Origin: Vicinamibacterales bacterium
GTDB taxonomy: Bacteria > Acidobacteriota > Vicinamibacteria > Vicinamibacterales > UBA8438
Reading direction: 5' to 3'
Assembly (NCBI GenBank): GCA_029940535.1
Contig: JAPYUM010000009.1
Span: 13,607 to 77,606, forward strand
DNA: 64,000 nt
The stretch's first letter is position 1. Each line of letters opens with the position of its first letter. Positions 55,341 through 64,000 of the stretch are shown piece after piece. The position numbers and the translations under genes are program-made. The notes under the pieces are model-generated. The model saw nothing but the letters and a program-made list of their open reading frames with translations, was not told where the DNA came from and searched no databases.

Positions 55341-58300
55341 CTATGGGGTTGCGAACTGTCGGTCCGTGGTTTGCGGCCGGCGAGTCAGCAGCCGCCGTAG
55401 GTCTTCGACGATCACGTAGCCGGCCGGTACGAGGACGAGGGTGATGACGGTGGCGAACACCACCCCGAAGGCCAGTGAGATCGCCATCGGCACCAGACTC
55501 CGCGCCTGGATGTCGTTGTCGAGAATGATCGGCAACAGACCGGCAAAGGTGGTGAGCGAGGTGAGCAGGATCGGCCGGAACCTCGCCACGCCGGCCTCCC
55601 GGGCGGCTGCCGTCACGTCGGCGTGAGCCAGTCGCTTTCGGTTGATGAAATCGATCATCAGGAGGCTGTCGTTGACCACCACGCCGGCCAAGGCAACCAG
55701 TCCGAACAGCGAAATAAGGGTGAGGGGCACCCCCATGATGACGTGTCCCCAGAAGGCCCCGACCAGACCGAATGGGATCGCCGCCATGATGATCAACGGC
55801 TGTATGTAGGATTTGAGCGGAATCGCCAGCAACGTGTAGATGAGGAGCAGCGCGAACAGGAAGCCCTGCGCCAGCCCTTCCATGCTATCCGCCTGCTCGG
55901 CCAGCATGCCCGCCAGGCTATAGGCAACGCCGGGATGGGTGGCCAGGATCTCCGGCAGCACGGCCGCTTCCAGGTCGCTCACTACGCTACCGGTAGACGT
56001 GTCGGCCCCGACGGCCGCGGTCACGTTGACCGCGCGTTGTCTGTCCACCCGTCGAATAATCGAGAACCCTCGCCCCGTCTCCACCTCGGCCACCGAGGTG
56101 AACGGGACGTCGGCTCCGTCGGGGGTGCGGATACGCATGCGGTCCACGTCGCCGATCGATTGCCGCCCCTCCCGTGGGTACCGCACCATGACCCGCACAT
56201 CATGCCGCCCGCGCTGAATGCGTTGAACCTCTTCGCCATAGAACGCTTGTCGCACCTGCCGGCCGAGGTCTCGCTGTGACAGGCCCAGCAGGGTGGCGGC
56301 CGGCTTGATCCGCATGCGCAGTTCCTGCTTGCCTGGTCGAGCCGAGTCGTTGACGTCATACACGCCAGGATACCGTTCGAGGTGGTTTTGCACCTCGACC
56401 GCGGCCGATTCCAAGGTGGGCAGGTCCGACCCGGTGAGCTGGATGTCGAGGTCCATCCCCGGGCTGAACGAGGAAGCGAGGAACGACAGATCCTCGACGC
56501 CTGGGAGTGGTCCAATGAGGTCGCGCCACTGCGCGGCAATCTCGTCGCCAGAGAGGGTGCGGTTCGGTCCTGACTCGATCTCGATGGTCACTTCACCGAC
56601 ATGGCTTGCTCCCACCGCGATCCCACCGGACATCATGGCTTCGGCCTGCGCGCTGCCGAACGGCTGCTCGCCGACGGCGGCGTACACATGACGCACGCGA
56701 GCCCCACTTGAGCGTTCCCGATACTGGGTGGCGAGCTGGTTGGCGCCGGCCTCGATCCGGGCGACGACGTCCTGGGTCATCTGAATCGGCGCCCCCGGAG
56801 CCAGCGCGACGTCGGCCGTCACATAGTCGCTTTCCGGTGCCGCGAAGAACTCGAATGGCACCCGCCCCGACAGCAGCGCGCCCACCGTGAGCAACAGGAT
56901 GGCGGTGCCGCCGGCCACGGTCAGATAGCGCCATCTGATGCTGGCGTCCAGGACGCGCCCGTAGACCGTATTCGTGAACCACCGCATCCGGCGTCCGGAC
57001 CCGGACTTCGCACCCGACCGGCGCGCCGCGTGTCGACGTCCAGAGTGCGCCAGGTGGGCGGGGAGGATGAGCGTTGATTCGACCAGTGAAAAGCCCAGGC
57101 AGCACATCACGACCATCGGCACCGCCGCGAAGAACTTGCCCATCATCCCCTGCACGAGCATGATCGGGAGAAAGGCGGCGACGGTGGTGAGCACCCCGAA
57201 CGTGACGGGGACGACCACCTCCTGCGCGCCTTCGATTGCCCCGCGCAGCCGATCGCCGTGGCGTTCCTGATGGGTATAGATGTTTTCGCCGACGATAATC
57301 GCGTCGTCCACCACGATGCCCAGCACAACCAGGAAGCCGAACAAGGTCATCATGTTCAGCGACAGGTCGAGGCTCGGCATGAGCATCAACGCGCCGAGGA
57401 ACGAGATCGGGATCCCGAGACCGACCCAGAAGGCGAGTCGGGGCCGGAGGAAGACCGCGAGAAAGACGAAGACCAGCGCGGAGCCAGTCAGTCCGTTACG
57501 GACCATCAGACCGAGGCGGTGTTCGAGTAGGGTCGCCTGGTCTTGCCAGACGGTGAGCGAGACGCCCGGAGGCAGGAAGGTGGGGGCCCGCTCGACATAT
57601 TCATTGACGTTGGCGGCCACCTCCGGGGCGTTCACCTGGTTTGACCGGAACACCTGCAGGACGATCGCGGGGACCCCGTTGAATCGGGCTGCCTGGTCGG
57701 TCTCGGCAAAGCCGTCGACGACCGTCGCGACGTCACCGAGTCTGACGTAGGTGCCATCGGCGCTCGTGAGCAGGGCCAGCGATTCGAATTCCGTGCCCTC
57801 ATACACCTGACCGACGGTGCGGAGCAGGATTTCCCCGGCGTCCGTTCTTACCGATCCACCTGGCAGGTCCAGCGACGCGCCGCGCACCGCGTCGGCCACG
57901 CGGTCGAAGGTCAGACCGTGGCGTCGAAGCGCCGTCTCCGACACTTCGATCGAGATCTCGTACGGCCGAGCGCCCAGCAACTCGACCTGACTCACACCCG
58001 GCAGCGACGAGAGTTCGTCCCGCACGGTGTCCGCCCAGCGGCGCAGCGACAGCTCGTCGACGTCGCCCCACACCGCTACGTGCGTCACCTGGAACTTGGT
58101 GGTGATTTCGCGAATGATGGGCCGCTCGACCTCGGCGGGGAACGTGTCGATCGCATCGACGCCGCCCTTGATGTCATCGACCGCTTTGCGGAGGTCGGCA
58201 CCCAACTCCAATTCGACGACCAGCGACGCCACCCCTTCCGACGCCGTTGACGTCACCTGTTTGATGCCGTCGAGCCCTTGAATCGCCTCCTCGAGGCGCA

Positions 58301-58496
58301 CGCTCACCGCTTCTTCCACCTCGGTCGGGCTGGCCCCGAGATAGGTCACGTTGACCGTGACCATGTCGAGCGCCATCTCCGGGAAGATCTCCTGGCCGAT
58401 CGACGCGGTGGCAAGAAAGCCACTGACGACAATCATCAGCATCGTCAAGTTGGCGGCGACCGGATTGCGGGCAAACCACGCGATGACGCCGTTCAC
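55341..58496 (-). CDS. RND efflux transporter permease (AcrB/HAE family)
   Basis: 1051 aa with 12-TM RND topology. The N-terminus MNGVIAWFARNPVAANL and the repeated halves are typical. Confidence 0.95.
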   Translation of the reverse strand: MNGVIAWFARNPVAANLTMLMIVVSGFLATASIGQEIFPEMALDMVTVNVTYLGASPTEVEEAVSVRLEEAIQGLDGIKQVTSTASEGVASLVVELELGADLRKAVDDIKGGVDAIDTFPAEVERPIIREITTKFQVTHVAVWGDVDELSLRRWADTVRDELSSLPGVSQVELLGARPYEISIEVSETALRRHGLTFDRVADAVRGASLDLPGGSVRTDAGEILLRTVGQVYEGTEFESLALLTSADGTYVRLGDVATVVDGFAETDQAARFNGVPAIVLQVFRSNQVNAPEVAANVNEYVERAPTFLPPGVSLTVWQDQATLLEHRLGLMVRNGLTGSALVFVFLAVFLRPRLAFWVGLGIPISFLGALMLMPSLDLSLNMMTLFGFLVVLGIVVDDAIIVGENIYTHQERHGDRLRGAIEGAQEVVVPVTFGVLTTVAAFLPIMLVQGMMGKFFAAVPMVVMCCLGFSLVESTLILPAHLAHSGRRHAARRSGAKSGSGRRMRWFTNTVYGRVLDASIRWRYLTVAGGTAILLLTVGALLSGRVPFEFFAAPESDYVTADVALAPGAPIQMTQDVVARIEAGANQLATQYRERSSGARVRHVYAAVGEQPFGSAQAEAMMSGGIAVGASHVGEVTIEIESGPNRTLSGDEIAAQWRDLIGPLPGVEDLSFLASSFSPGMDLDIQLTGSDLPTLESAAVEVQNHLERYPGVYDVNDSARPGKQELRMRIKPAATLLGLSQRDLGRQVRQAFYGEEVQRIQRGRHDVRVMVRYPREGRQSIGDVDRMRIRTPDGADVPFTSVAEVETGRGFSIIRRVDRQRAVNVTAAVGADTSTGSVVSDLEAAVLPEILATHPGVAYSLAGMLAEQADSMEGLAQGFLFALLLIYTLLAIPLKSYIQPLIIMAAIPFGLVGAFWGHVIMGVPLTLISLFGLVALAGVVVNDSLLMIDFINRKRLAHADVTAAAREAGVARFRPILLTSLTTFAGLLPIILDNDIQARSLVPMAISLAFGVVFATVITLVLVPAGYVIVEDLRRLLTRRPQTTDRQFATP

Positions 58497-58624
58497 AATA
58501 CGTCCTCGCCGAGTCCTCGTTCATTGGTCATGCTGGATTTAAAAAAAGGCCGATTCAACCCCATTGTAGTTGGCTTCGCGCTACGATCAGGGTTTCCCCG
58601 CGTGGAAAGGGCTCGCACTGGCAC

Positions 58625-59344
58625 ATGGAGACCGTCTTTCTCATCGTGGTCTCCTTTGTGGCCTCGACCCTCACCGCCACCGTCGGTCTCGGTGGCGGCA
58701 TCCTGCTGATTTCGGTGATGCCCGGCCTCATCCCGGCCGCCGCCATCGTCCCGGTGCACGGGGCCGTCCAGCTGGCATCCAATTCGAGCCGGGTCCTGCT
58801 GGGGATGCGACACATCGACTGGCGCGTAGTGTGGCCGTTCGTCGGCGGATCGATTGTGGGCGCCGCCGCCGGGGTTGGCATGGTGGCCCGTTTCAGCTTC
58901 GAACAGCTCCCGCTCTATCTAGGACTCTTCGTGCTCGTGGTGACGTGGATGCCGATCCCGTCGCGCGTGATGGCGTTCCCCGGTCAGTTCGCGGTCCTGG
59001 GCGCGATTCAGACGTATGTGTCGCTGTTCATGGGCGCCACCGGCCCGCTGGCCAGCCCGTTCCTCCTTCGCCGCGGCCTGTCCCAGGACCAACTCGTCAT
59101 CACGCTTGGCACCGTGATGATGGCCATTCACGTGCTCAAGCTTGTGGTCTTCGCGGTGGCCGGGTTCGTGTTCGCGCCCTACCTCTCTTTGGTCGCCGGC
59201 ATGGTGACAGCGGTGGTCCTCGGGTCCTGGGTCGGGACGAAGCTGCGGGGGCGACTGCCGGAACGCGCGCTTCGTCGCAGCCTGAAAGGCCTGATCACGG
59301 TCCTCGCCCTCCGAATGATCGTGGCGGCGGTGCTCGTGCGCTGA
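58625..59344 (+). CDS. TauE/SafE (DUF81) family anion exporter (second copy)
   Basis: TATVGLGGGILLISVMPGL motif and multiple TM segments. Confidence 0.85.
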   Translation: METVFLIVVSFVASTLTATVGLGGGILLISVMPGLIPAAAIVPVHGAVQLASNSSRVLLGMRHIDWRVVWPFVGGSIVGAAAGVGMVARFSFEQLPLYLGLFVLVVTWMPIPSRVMAFPGQFAVLGAIQTYVSLFMGATGPLASPFLLRRGLSQDQLVITLGTVMMAIHVLKLVVFAVAGFVFAPYLSLVAGMVTAVVLGSWVGTKLRGRLPERALRRSLKGLITVLALRMIVAAVLVR

Positions 59345-59533
59345 CGCCGCCCGCCGTCCCGTCCGCATGGCGCACCAAGACCGAATAAAATCACCGGTCA
59401 GGCGTAGGCGTGGGTATGTGGAACAGGTGGTGGAAATTTTCAGAGGTTCGATTGTTGTCTATGCCCGCCGTGGCCCTGGGTCCGCCGTCGGCGTCGCAGG
59501 GCCGCACGGTGCTGATCATGCTGCCAACAGTGA

Positions 59534-59803
59534 TCACGCTGGTGATCCTGACCGGCGCGGAGGTGCTTGGGCTGGCATCCCCGCCCAGAGCAGTATGAAG
59601 ACGGCGGCGAGCAGCGTCCCCGCCCCGACGACCACTGCGACTGTCCGCGTCCACAGGCGCCGCTGAGGCTCCGGGGTCGGCGGACTCCTGGGCGCCGGCA
59701 CGTCCTCGTCGACCACACCGATGACGCAGTTCGGGCAGAAGCCCGTTGGCCCGTCGGATGGCAGCACGGCTCCGCATTGATTACAGCGACGACCTTCGTC
59801 CAT
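59534..59803 (-). CDS. Zinc-ribbon + Pro-rich linker + single-TM protein (anti-sigma-like architecture)
   Basis: GAGGAG RBS. MDEGRRCNQCGAVLPSDGPTGFCPNC gives CxxC...CxxC. TM segment TVAVVVGAGTLLAAVFILLWAG. It lies immediately downstream of the ECF sigma gene. Confidence 0.6.
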   Translation of the reverse strand: MDEGRRCNQCGAVLPSDGPTGFCPNCVIGVVDEDVPAPRSPPTPEPQRRLWTRTVAVVVGAGTLLAAVFILLWAGMPAQAPPRRSGSPA

Positions 59804-59870
59804 GGAGACTCCTCGGGATACTTGTCGTTGCATCCCGTTTGCCTGGGCTACACGGAACGGGGTGCGGAGG

Positions 59871-60524
59871 TTACATCCCGCCGGACAGAATCAGCGTGCG
59901 CCAGCGGCGGAGTTCGCCGTCGACATCGGCGGGGTCGGCGACCGTCTGGGCATCTCCCCCCAGAAAGCCCTTGAGGTGAGCGAAGAGGGTGTCGTGACCG
60001 GCCTCCCGATACTCTCGACCCAGGGTCTCGACCACCTGCACCTGCTCGAGGAGGGTGAAGGCCCAGCGTCGCTCGACAACCTCCTCCGGGGTCGCCGCGG
60101 GCGCGAGTTCCCGTGCGTAGCGGCCCTCAGCGTGCTGGATTCCAGGAAGTCCACCGACGTCGGCGTACGGCCCGCGCCGCGTTTCACCGCGCGCCTCTCG
60201 CTCGTGATTCGAGACAAAGTGTTTGAGCGCCGTCAGCAAAAACGAACGAAACTTGCCACGGCCTGGGTCGGCGACCCCGATGGTGCCTTCCTCCAGGAGC
60301 TTGACGAAGAACGCCTGGATGAGGTCGCGGGCATCTTCGCGAGCGTGTCCCTGGCGGCGCAGGTATGCATACAGGGGGTACCAGTAGGATCGGCACAGCG
60401 TCGCCAGCGCTTGTTCGGCGTCCGGTGACGCCGGGTCAGCGGCCGCGCGCACCACGTGCCATCGCGTAGCCTCGAAGCGGCGGGGGCCGCCAATTCCGGA
60501 GGAAGGGAGGTCGTGGGATGACAT
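59871..60524 (-). CDS. ECF-type sigma-70 family protein, apparently lacking region 4 (possible truncation)
   Basis: TRWHVVRAAAD...LCRSYWYPLYAYLRRQGHAREDARDLIQAFF is a region-2 pattern typical of kinase-associated ECF groups. The ORF stops about where the region 4.2 HTH should begin. Confidence 0.7.
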   Translation of the reverse strand: MSSHDLPSSGIGGPRRFEATRWHVVRAAADPASPDAEQALATLCRSYWYPLYAYLRRQGHAREDARDLIQAFFVKLLEEGTIGVADPGRGKFRSFLLTALKHFVSNHEREARGETRRGPYADVGGLPGIQHAEGRYARELAPAATPEEVVERRWAFTLLEQVQVVETLGREYREAGHDTLFAHLKGFLGGDAQTVADPADVDGELRRWRTLILSGGM

Positions 60525-60670
60525 GTGTCGACCAGACTTCCTCGAACCCATCGGAGCCGGTGCCGGTAGGGACCAATCGGCCGCGGGTGATAGTCTCCCT
60601 GTGCCGGTTGTTCCTCGATGCCTCCGCGTCGTTGAACGACGACCGTCCTGACGCGACCTGGGGGTTACAG

Positions 60671-62368
60671 TTGAAGACTCGTCTGACACACACGTTGCTC
60701 GTTGTCGCACTCGTTGGTCTGGCCCCGGCGGCGCCCGGATTGGCGCAAACGCCGAACATTAGGCCTGTCACCGACGCCACGTTACAGAACCCCGACCCGA
60801 GCGACTGGCTGAGCTGGCGCCGCACGCTCGATGGGTCTGGCTTCAGCCCGCTTGAACAGATCAACACCGACAACGTTGGAGACCTGCGCCTGGCCTGGTC
60901 CTGGGGGCTTGAGCCGGGGGTGTCGCAGACCACGCCGATCGTGCGGGATGGCGTGATGTTCATTGTCAACCCGGGCAACGTGGTGCATGCGCTCGATGCC
61001 CGTACTGGCGAGCTGATCTGGGAGTATCGCTACGAGCTCGAAGAGCGACGCCGTGCCGGCGCGCAGATGCGCAGCCTGGCGATCTATCAAGATCTCATTC
61101 TGCTCAACACCGTCGACGCCCATATGGTTGGGATTGACGCCCGTACCGGCGAGGAGCGCTGGAATACCACCGTCGGCACCGCCGAAGGCTACACCTTCAC
61201 GAGCGGACCGATTGTCGCCAACGGCACGATCGTCACCGGGTTGACCGGGTGCGGCCGGTACCGCGAAGAGACCTGCTACGTCGTCGGTCTCGATGGCCGC
61301 ACCGGCCGCGAGCTCTGGCGCACGTCGACGGTGGCGCTTCCCGGGGAGCCTGGCGGCGACTCATGGAGCGACCTCCCCGTGATGTTCCGGGCCGGCGGGG
61401 ACGCCTGGATTCCGGGGAGCTTTGACCCCGGCACGGGGCTCCTCTTCTGGGGGACGGCGCAGGCGAAGCCGTGGGCGCGCGCCGTGCGGGGCACGGCCGG
61501 CGATGCGCTGTATACCAACTCGACGCTGGCGCTCGACCCGGCCACGGGCGAGCTCCAGTGGTATTTCCAACACATTCCCGGTGACTCACACGATATGGAC
61601 GAGACGTTCGAGCGTATTCTCGTCGACTACGACGGCCGGCAGTCGGTCTTCACCATGGGCAAACTCGCGATCTTGTGGGAGAACGACAGGGAGACGGGGG
61701 AGTTGGTGCGGGCCACCGATCTCGGCTATCAGAATCTGTTCGATATCGACAGTGGGCAGGCGATCTACAAAGACGGCATGGTGCAGGAAATCGGTGACGT
61801 GGTCGACTTTTGTCCGAGCACCGGTGGGTTCAAGAGCCTGCGGGCGATGGCCTACCACCCGGGTATCGAGGCGTTCTACGTACCGCTCAACCTCAACTGC
61901 GAGTCCGCCGCGTTTCTCCCGGTCGAGCGACGTCCCGGGAGCGGGGGCACCGGCGGCGTCCGCGACAAGGTCTATCACTTCCATCCGAAGAGTCCGGATC
62001 ACATCGGCGAGTTCCAGTCGCTGGACCTGCGCACGGGCGCCACCCGGTGGCGGCAGCGTCGGCGGACCCCCTTCAACACCGCGGCGCTCGCGACCGGCGG
62101 CGGACTCGTCTTTGTCGGGGACTGGGAGCGCTATGTCATGGCCTATGACGCCGACAGCGGTGAGGAACTCTGGCAGACCCGCCTGCCACAGATGACCAAC
62201 GGCTTCCCGATTACCTACGCCGTCGACGGTGTGCAGTATGTCGCCATCGGGACCGGCCCATCGATCAGCGCGAGCTGGGCCACGCTGATTCCAGCCGAAC
62301 TGCTCCCCGAGAAGAAGAACCCGCGCACCACCGGCGGCATCTTCGTGTTCGCGTTGCCCTCACAGTAG
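60671..62368 (+). CDS. Secreted PQQ-binding beta-propeller dehydrogenase (quinoprotein alcohol dehydrogenase-like)
   Basis: TTG start giving MKTRLTHTLLVVALVGLAPAAPGLAQ. LSWRRTLDGSGFSPL..IN..NV..L..AW, and repeated DA.TGE..W motifs. Confidence 0.85.
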   Translation: MKTRLTHTLLVVALVGLAPAAPGLAQTPNIRPVTDATLQNPDPSDWLSWRRTLDGSGFSPLEQINTDNVGDLRLAWSWGLEPGVSQTTPIVRDGVMFIVNPGNVVHALDARTGELIWEYRYELEERRRAGAQMRSLAIYQDLILLNTVDAHMVGIDARTGEERWNTTVGTAEGYTFTSGPIVANGTIVTGLTGCGRYREETCYVVGLDGRTGRELWRTSTVALPGEPGGDSWSDLPVMFRAGGDAWIPGSFDPGTGLLFWGTAQAKPWARAVRGTAGDALYTNSTLALDPATGELQWYFQHIPGDSHDMDETFERILVDYDGRQSVFTMGKLAILWENDRETGELVRATDLGYQNLFDIDSGQAIYKDGMVQEIGDVVDFCPSTGGFKSLRAMAYHPGIEAFYVPLNLNCESAAFLPVERRPGSGGTGGVRDKVYHFHPKSPDHIGEFQSLDLRTGATRWRQRRRTPFNTAALATGGGLVFVGDWERYVMAYDADSGEELWQTRLPQMTNGFPITYAVDGVQYVAIGTGPSISASWATLIPAELLPEKKNPRTTGGIFVFALPSQ

Positions 62369-62378
62369 CAGCCCGTGG
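62366..62378 (+). repeat. Copy 3 of exact 13-mer TAGCAGCCCGTGG (stop of the PQQ dehydrogenase gene)
   Basis: Read directly from the sequence. Confidence 0.95.
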
Positions 62379-62393
62379 TGCACCGGGTGACGG

Positions 62394-62825
62394 CTACAGC
62401 ACGCCAGCCTTGATCCGTGTGTCGCCGTCGACACGCTCTCGATACTCGTCGTGGCAGGACTGGCAGGTGGCGGCGAGCGCGTCCCGGGCCGGCGCGATCT
62501 CCTGAAACGCCTGGGCCTCGAGTGCCGCTCTGATCTCGTTCGCGGCCGCGGCCGCCTCGGTCGCAATCGCGGCGGCGGCCGGCACATTGCGGGTCGCCCA
62601 GAACGCCTCGACCTGCTCGAAGATTTCTACCAGCTTGGCGGTGCCGGAGAGGACGGTGTCTCCATCACGCGCGTCCATGGCGCTGTTGAGCGCTCCGAAG
62701 GTGGTGCGGACCTCCTTCATCGTCGCGTCATAATCCTCCACCGAACCGATTTCGTCCGACTGTGCGACAACGATGGCGCTCGCAACGAGGACACTGGCGA
62801 ACGCGACCAGTAACTGCTTATGCAT
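62394..62825 (-). CDS. Class II cytochrome c (cytochrome c-prime / c556-like four-helix bundle)
   Basis: AAGGGGGA RBS and a signal peptide. The protein looks helical with a single C-terminal CQSCHDEYR haem site. Confidence 0.75.
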   Translation of the reverse strand: MHKQLLVAFASVLVASAIVVAQSDEIGSVEDYDATMKEVRTTFGALNSAMDARDGDTVLSGTAKLVEIFEQVEAFWATRNVPAAAAIATEAAAAANEIRAALEAQAFQEIAPARDALAATCQSCHDEYRERVDGDTRIKAGVL

Positions 62826-62883
62826 GGGCTCCCCCTTTTGACGGGCCACTAGTATGCGATCTCTGCACGGCATAAGCGAGGCA

Positions 62884-63291
62884 CTACCGCCTGGTCCGGA
62901 ACTGCGTGTCGGTGCAGCTACTGAAATCGATCACCTCGGCGATCTTCCGCTGGATCGCCTCGAAGTCGTCGTCACCCAGGAGGATCGCGGTGAACGCGTC
63001 TCGGCTCTCCGGATCCGGATGCTGTTCGGTGAAACGGATCTGATTGACCGGCACCGCGAGCGATTGGAACCCGGTCATCCATCGCCCCGTGCGGGCCGTC
63101 ATCTCGGCGCCTGGATACCGCGTGTTGACCAGCGCCACCATCTCCTCGGCCAGGGCTTCGGCGTCTGGCTCTCGGCCCGCTTCGATGTTGCACACGCGTG
63201 AGAACACGACGGGGCGCTCCGATTGCGTCGCCGGCGCCGGCGTCATGGACCAGCCGATGACCAACAAGACGATGACACTCAGGATGTGCAT
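62884..63291 (-). CDS. Hypothetical exported protein (135 aa)
   Basis: Hydrophobic N-terminus MHILSVIVLLVIGW. I recognise no motif. Confidence 0.6.
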   Translation of the reverse strand: MHILSVIVLLVIGWSMTPAPATQSERPVVFSRVCNIEAGREPDAEALAEEMVALVNTRYPGAEMTARTGRWMTGFQSLAVPVNQIRFTEQHPDPESRDAFTAILLGDDDFEAIQRKIAEVIDFSSCTDTQFRTRR

Positions 63292-63368
63292 GGCGTGCTT
63301 CCGACGGCGCCCGTTCGCTGGCCTGTCGACCGCAGCGTGTCGTGGCTGACATGAGATAATAGCGGACT

Positions 63369-64000
63369 GTGTCGAGCAAGAAGAGGGGTCGGCGCACTCG
63401 GGGATCCGCAGTCGGCCTCGCCGCCGCACTGGGCGTGGCCTGCGTGGTCAGTGGCGTGGTCTTGCTGGCCTCGTCTCACCAGGAGCGGCTTGACAGCGCG
63501 GAACCGGGTATCCCGGTGCTTGTGGAGCTGTTTACCTCGGAGGGATGCTCGAGCTGCCCACCGGCCGATGCTCTGTTGATGCGGCTTGACGCCGACCCAC
63601 CGGTGCCGGGCGCTCAGGTCATCGTGTTGAGCGAGCATGTCGACTACTGGGACCGGCTCGGCTGGCGCGATCCGTTCTCGGCGAGGGTGTTCACCGAGCG
63701 ACAGGAGACCTACCGCCAGGCGTTAGGGGCGGAAGCGAGCTATACCCCGCAGATGGTGGTGGATGGCCGGGTCGCGTTCGTCGGGAGCCTGGAGTCCGAC
63801 GCTCGGAGAACGATCGCGCAGGCGACGGCATCACCGAAGGCCGGGATGCATATGCACCAGACCGGTGTGATGGCGTCGAACGCCGTGGCGCTCCAGATAC
63901 GGATTACCAACCTGCCTCGGCTGGCGCACGGCGAGAGGGCTGAGTTGTGGCTTGCGGTGACCGAGACGGGGCTCGTCACCAACGTCCTGCGCGGAGAGAA
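63369..64000 (+). CDS. DUF1223 (thioredoxin-like) protein, 3' end beyond the window
   Basis: GTG start and a TM anchor. VLVELFTSEGCSSCPPAD, LSEHVDYWDRLGWRDPFS and YTPQMVVDG motifs. The frame is open to the window edge, and the ORF is absent from the ORF track because it is incomplete. Confidence 0.8.
   Translation, partial: MSSKKRGRRTRGSAVGLAAALGVACVVSGVVLLASSHQERLDSAEPGIPVLVELFTSEGCSSCPPADALLMRLDADPPVPGAQVIVLSEHVDYWDRLGWRDPFSARVFTERQETYRQALGAEASYTPQMVVDGRVAFVGSLESDARRTIAQATASPKAGMHMHQTGVMASNAVALQIRITNLPRLAHGERAELWLAVTETGLVTNVLRGE

Overview
High-G+C (about two-thirds G+C by eye) bacterial chromosomal segment, densely coding on both strands with about 60 CDS. I see no rRNA, tRNA, CRISPR array, transposase or integrase. 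The gene content is a PSCyt/DUF1549/DUF1553 giant protein with a DUF1501 partner, a DUF1592-family protein with a DUF1552 partner, an FG-GAP/ASPIC protein, Sel1-repeat proteins, many Sec/TAT-exported enzymes and three PQQ-type beta-propeller dehydrogenases. This resembles an Acidobacteriota/Gemmatimonadota/Planctomycetota-like heterotroph, but that is inference only. Most notable observations: (1) Four paralogs of an uncharacterised secreted protein family lie within 33 kb. Two of them head operons with the same architecture: paralog, then a haem-c giant protein, then a TAT-exported DUF1501 or DUF1552 partner. Three of the four sit next to a metallohydrolase of a different fold. (2) A five-gene cluster looks like a Na+-pumping biotin-dependent acyl-CoA decarboxylase (OadG-like, beta subunit, minimal biotinyl carrier, carboxyltransferase) with an acyl-CoA dehydrogenase embedded in it. 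(3) An exact 13-mer, TAGCAGCCCGTGG, sits on the TAG stop codon of three unrelated genes. (4) A VapBC cassette is bracketed by ~73-bp direct repeats. (5) Both toxin-antitoxin modules look leaderless, and one has a 21-bp perfect palindrome across its start codon. (6) A haem-c protein carries copper-monooxygenase-like His motifs. (7) An ECF-type sigma factor appears to lack region 4. All functional calls come from motif recognition by eye; no database search or HMM was run.
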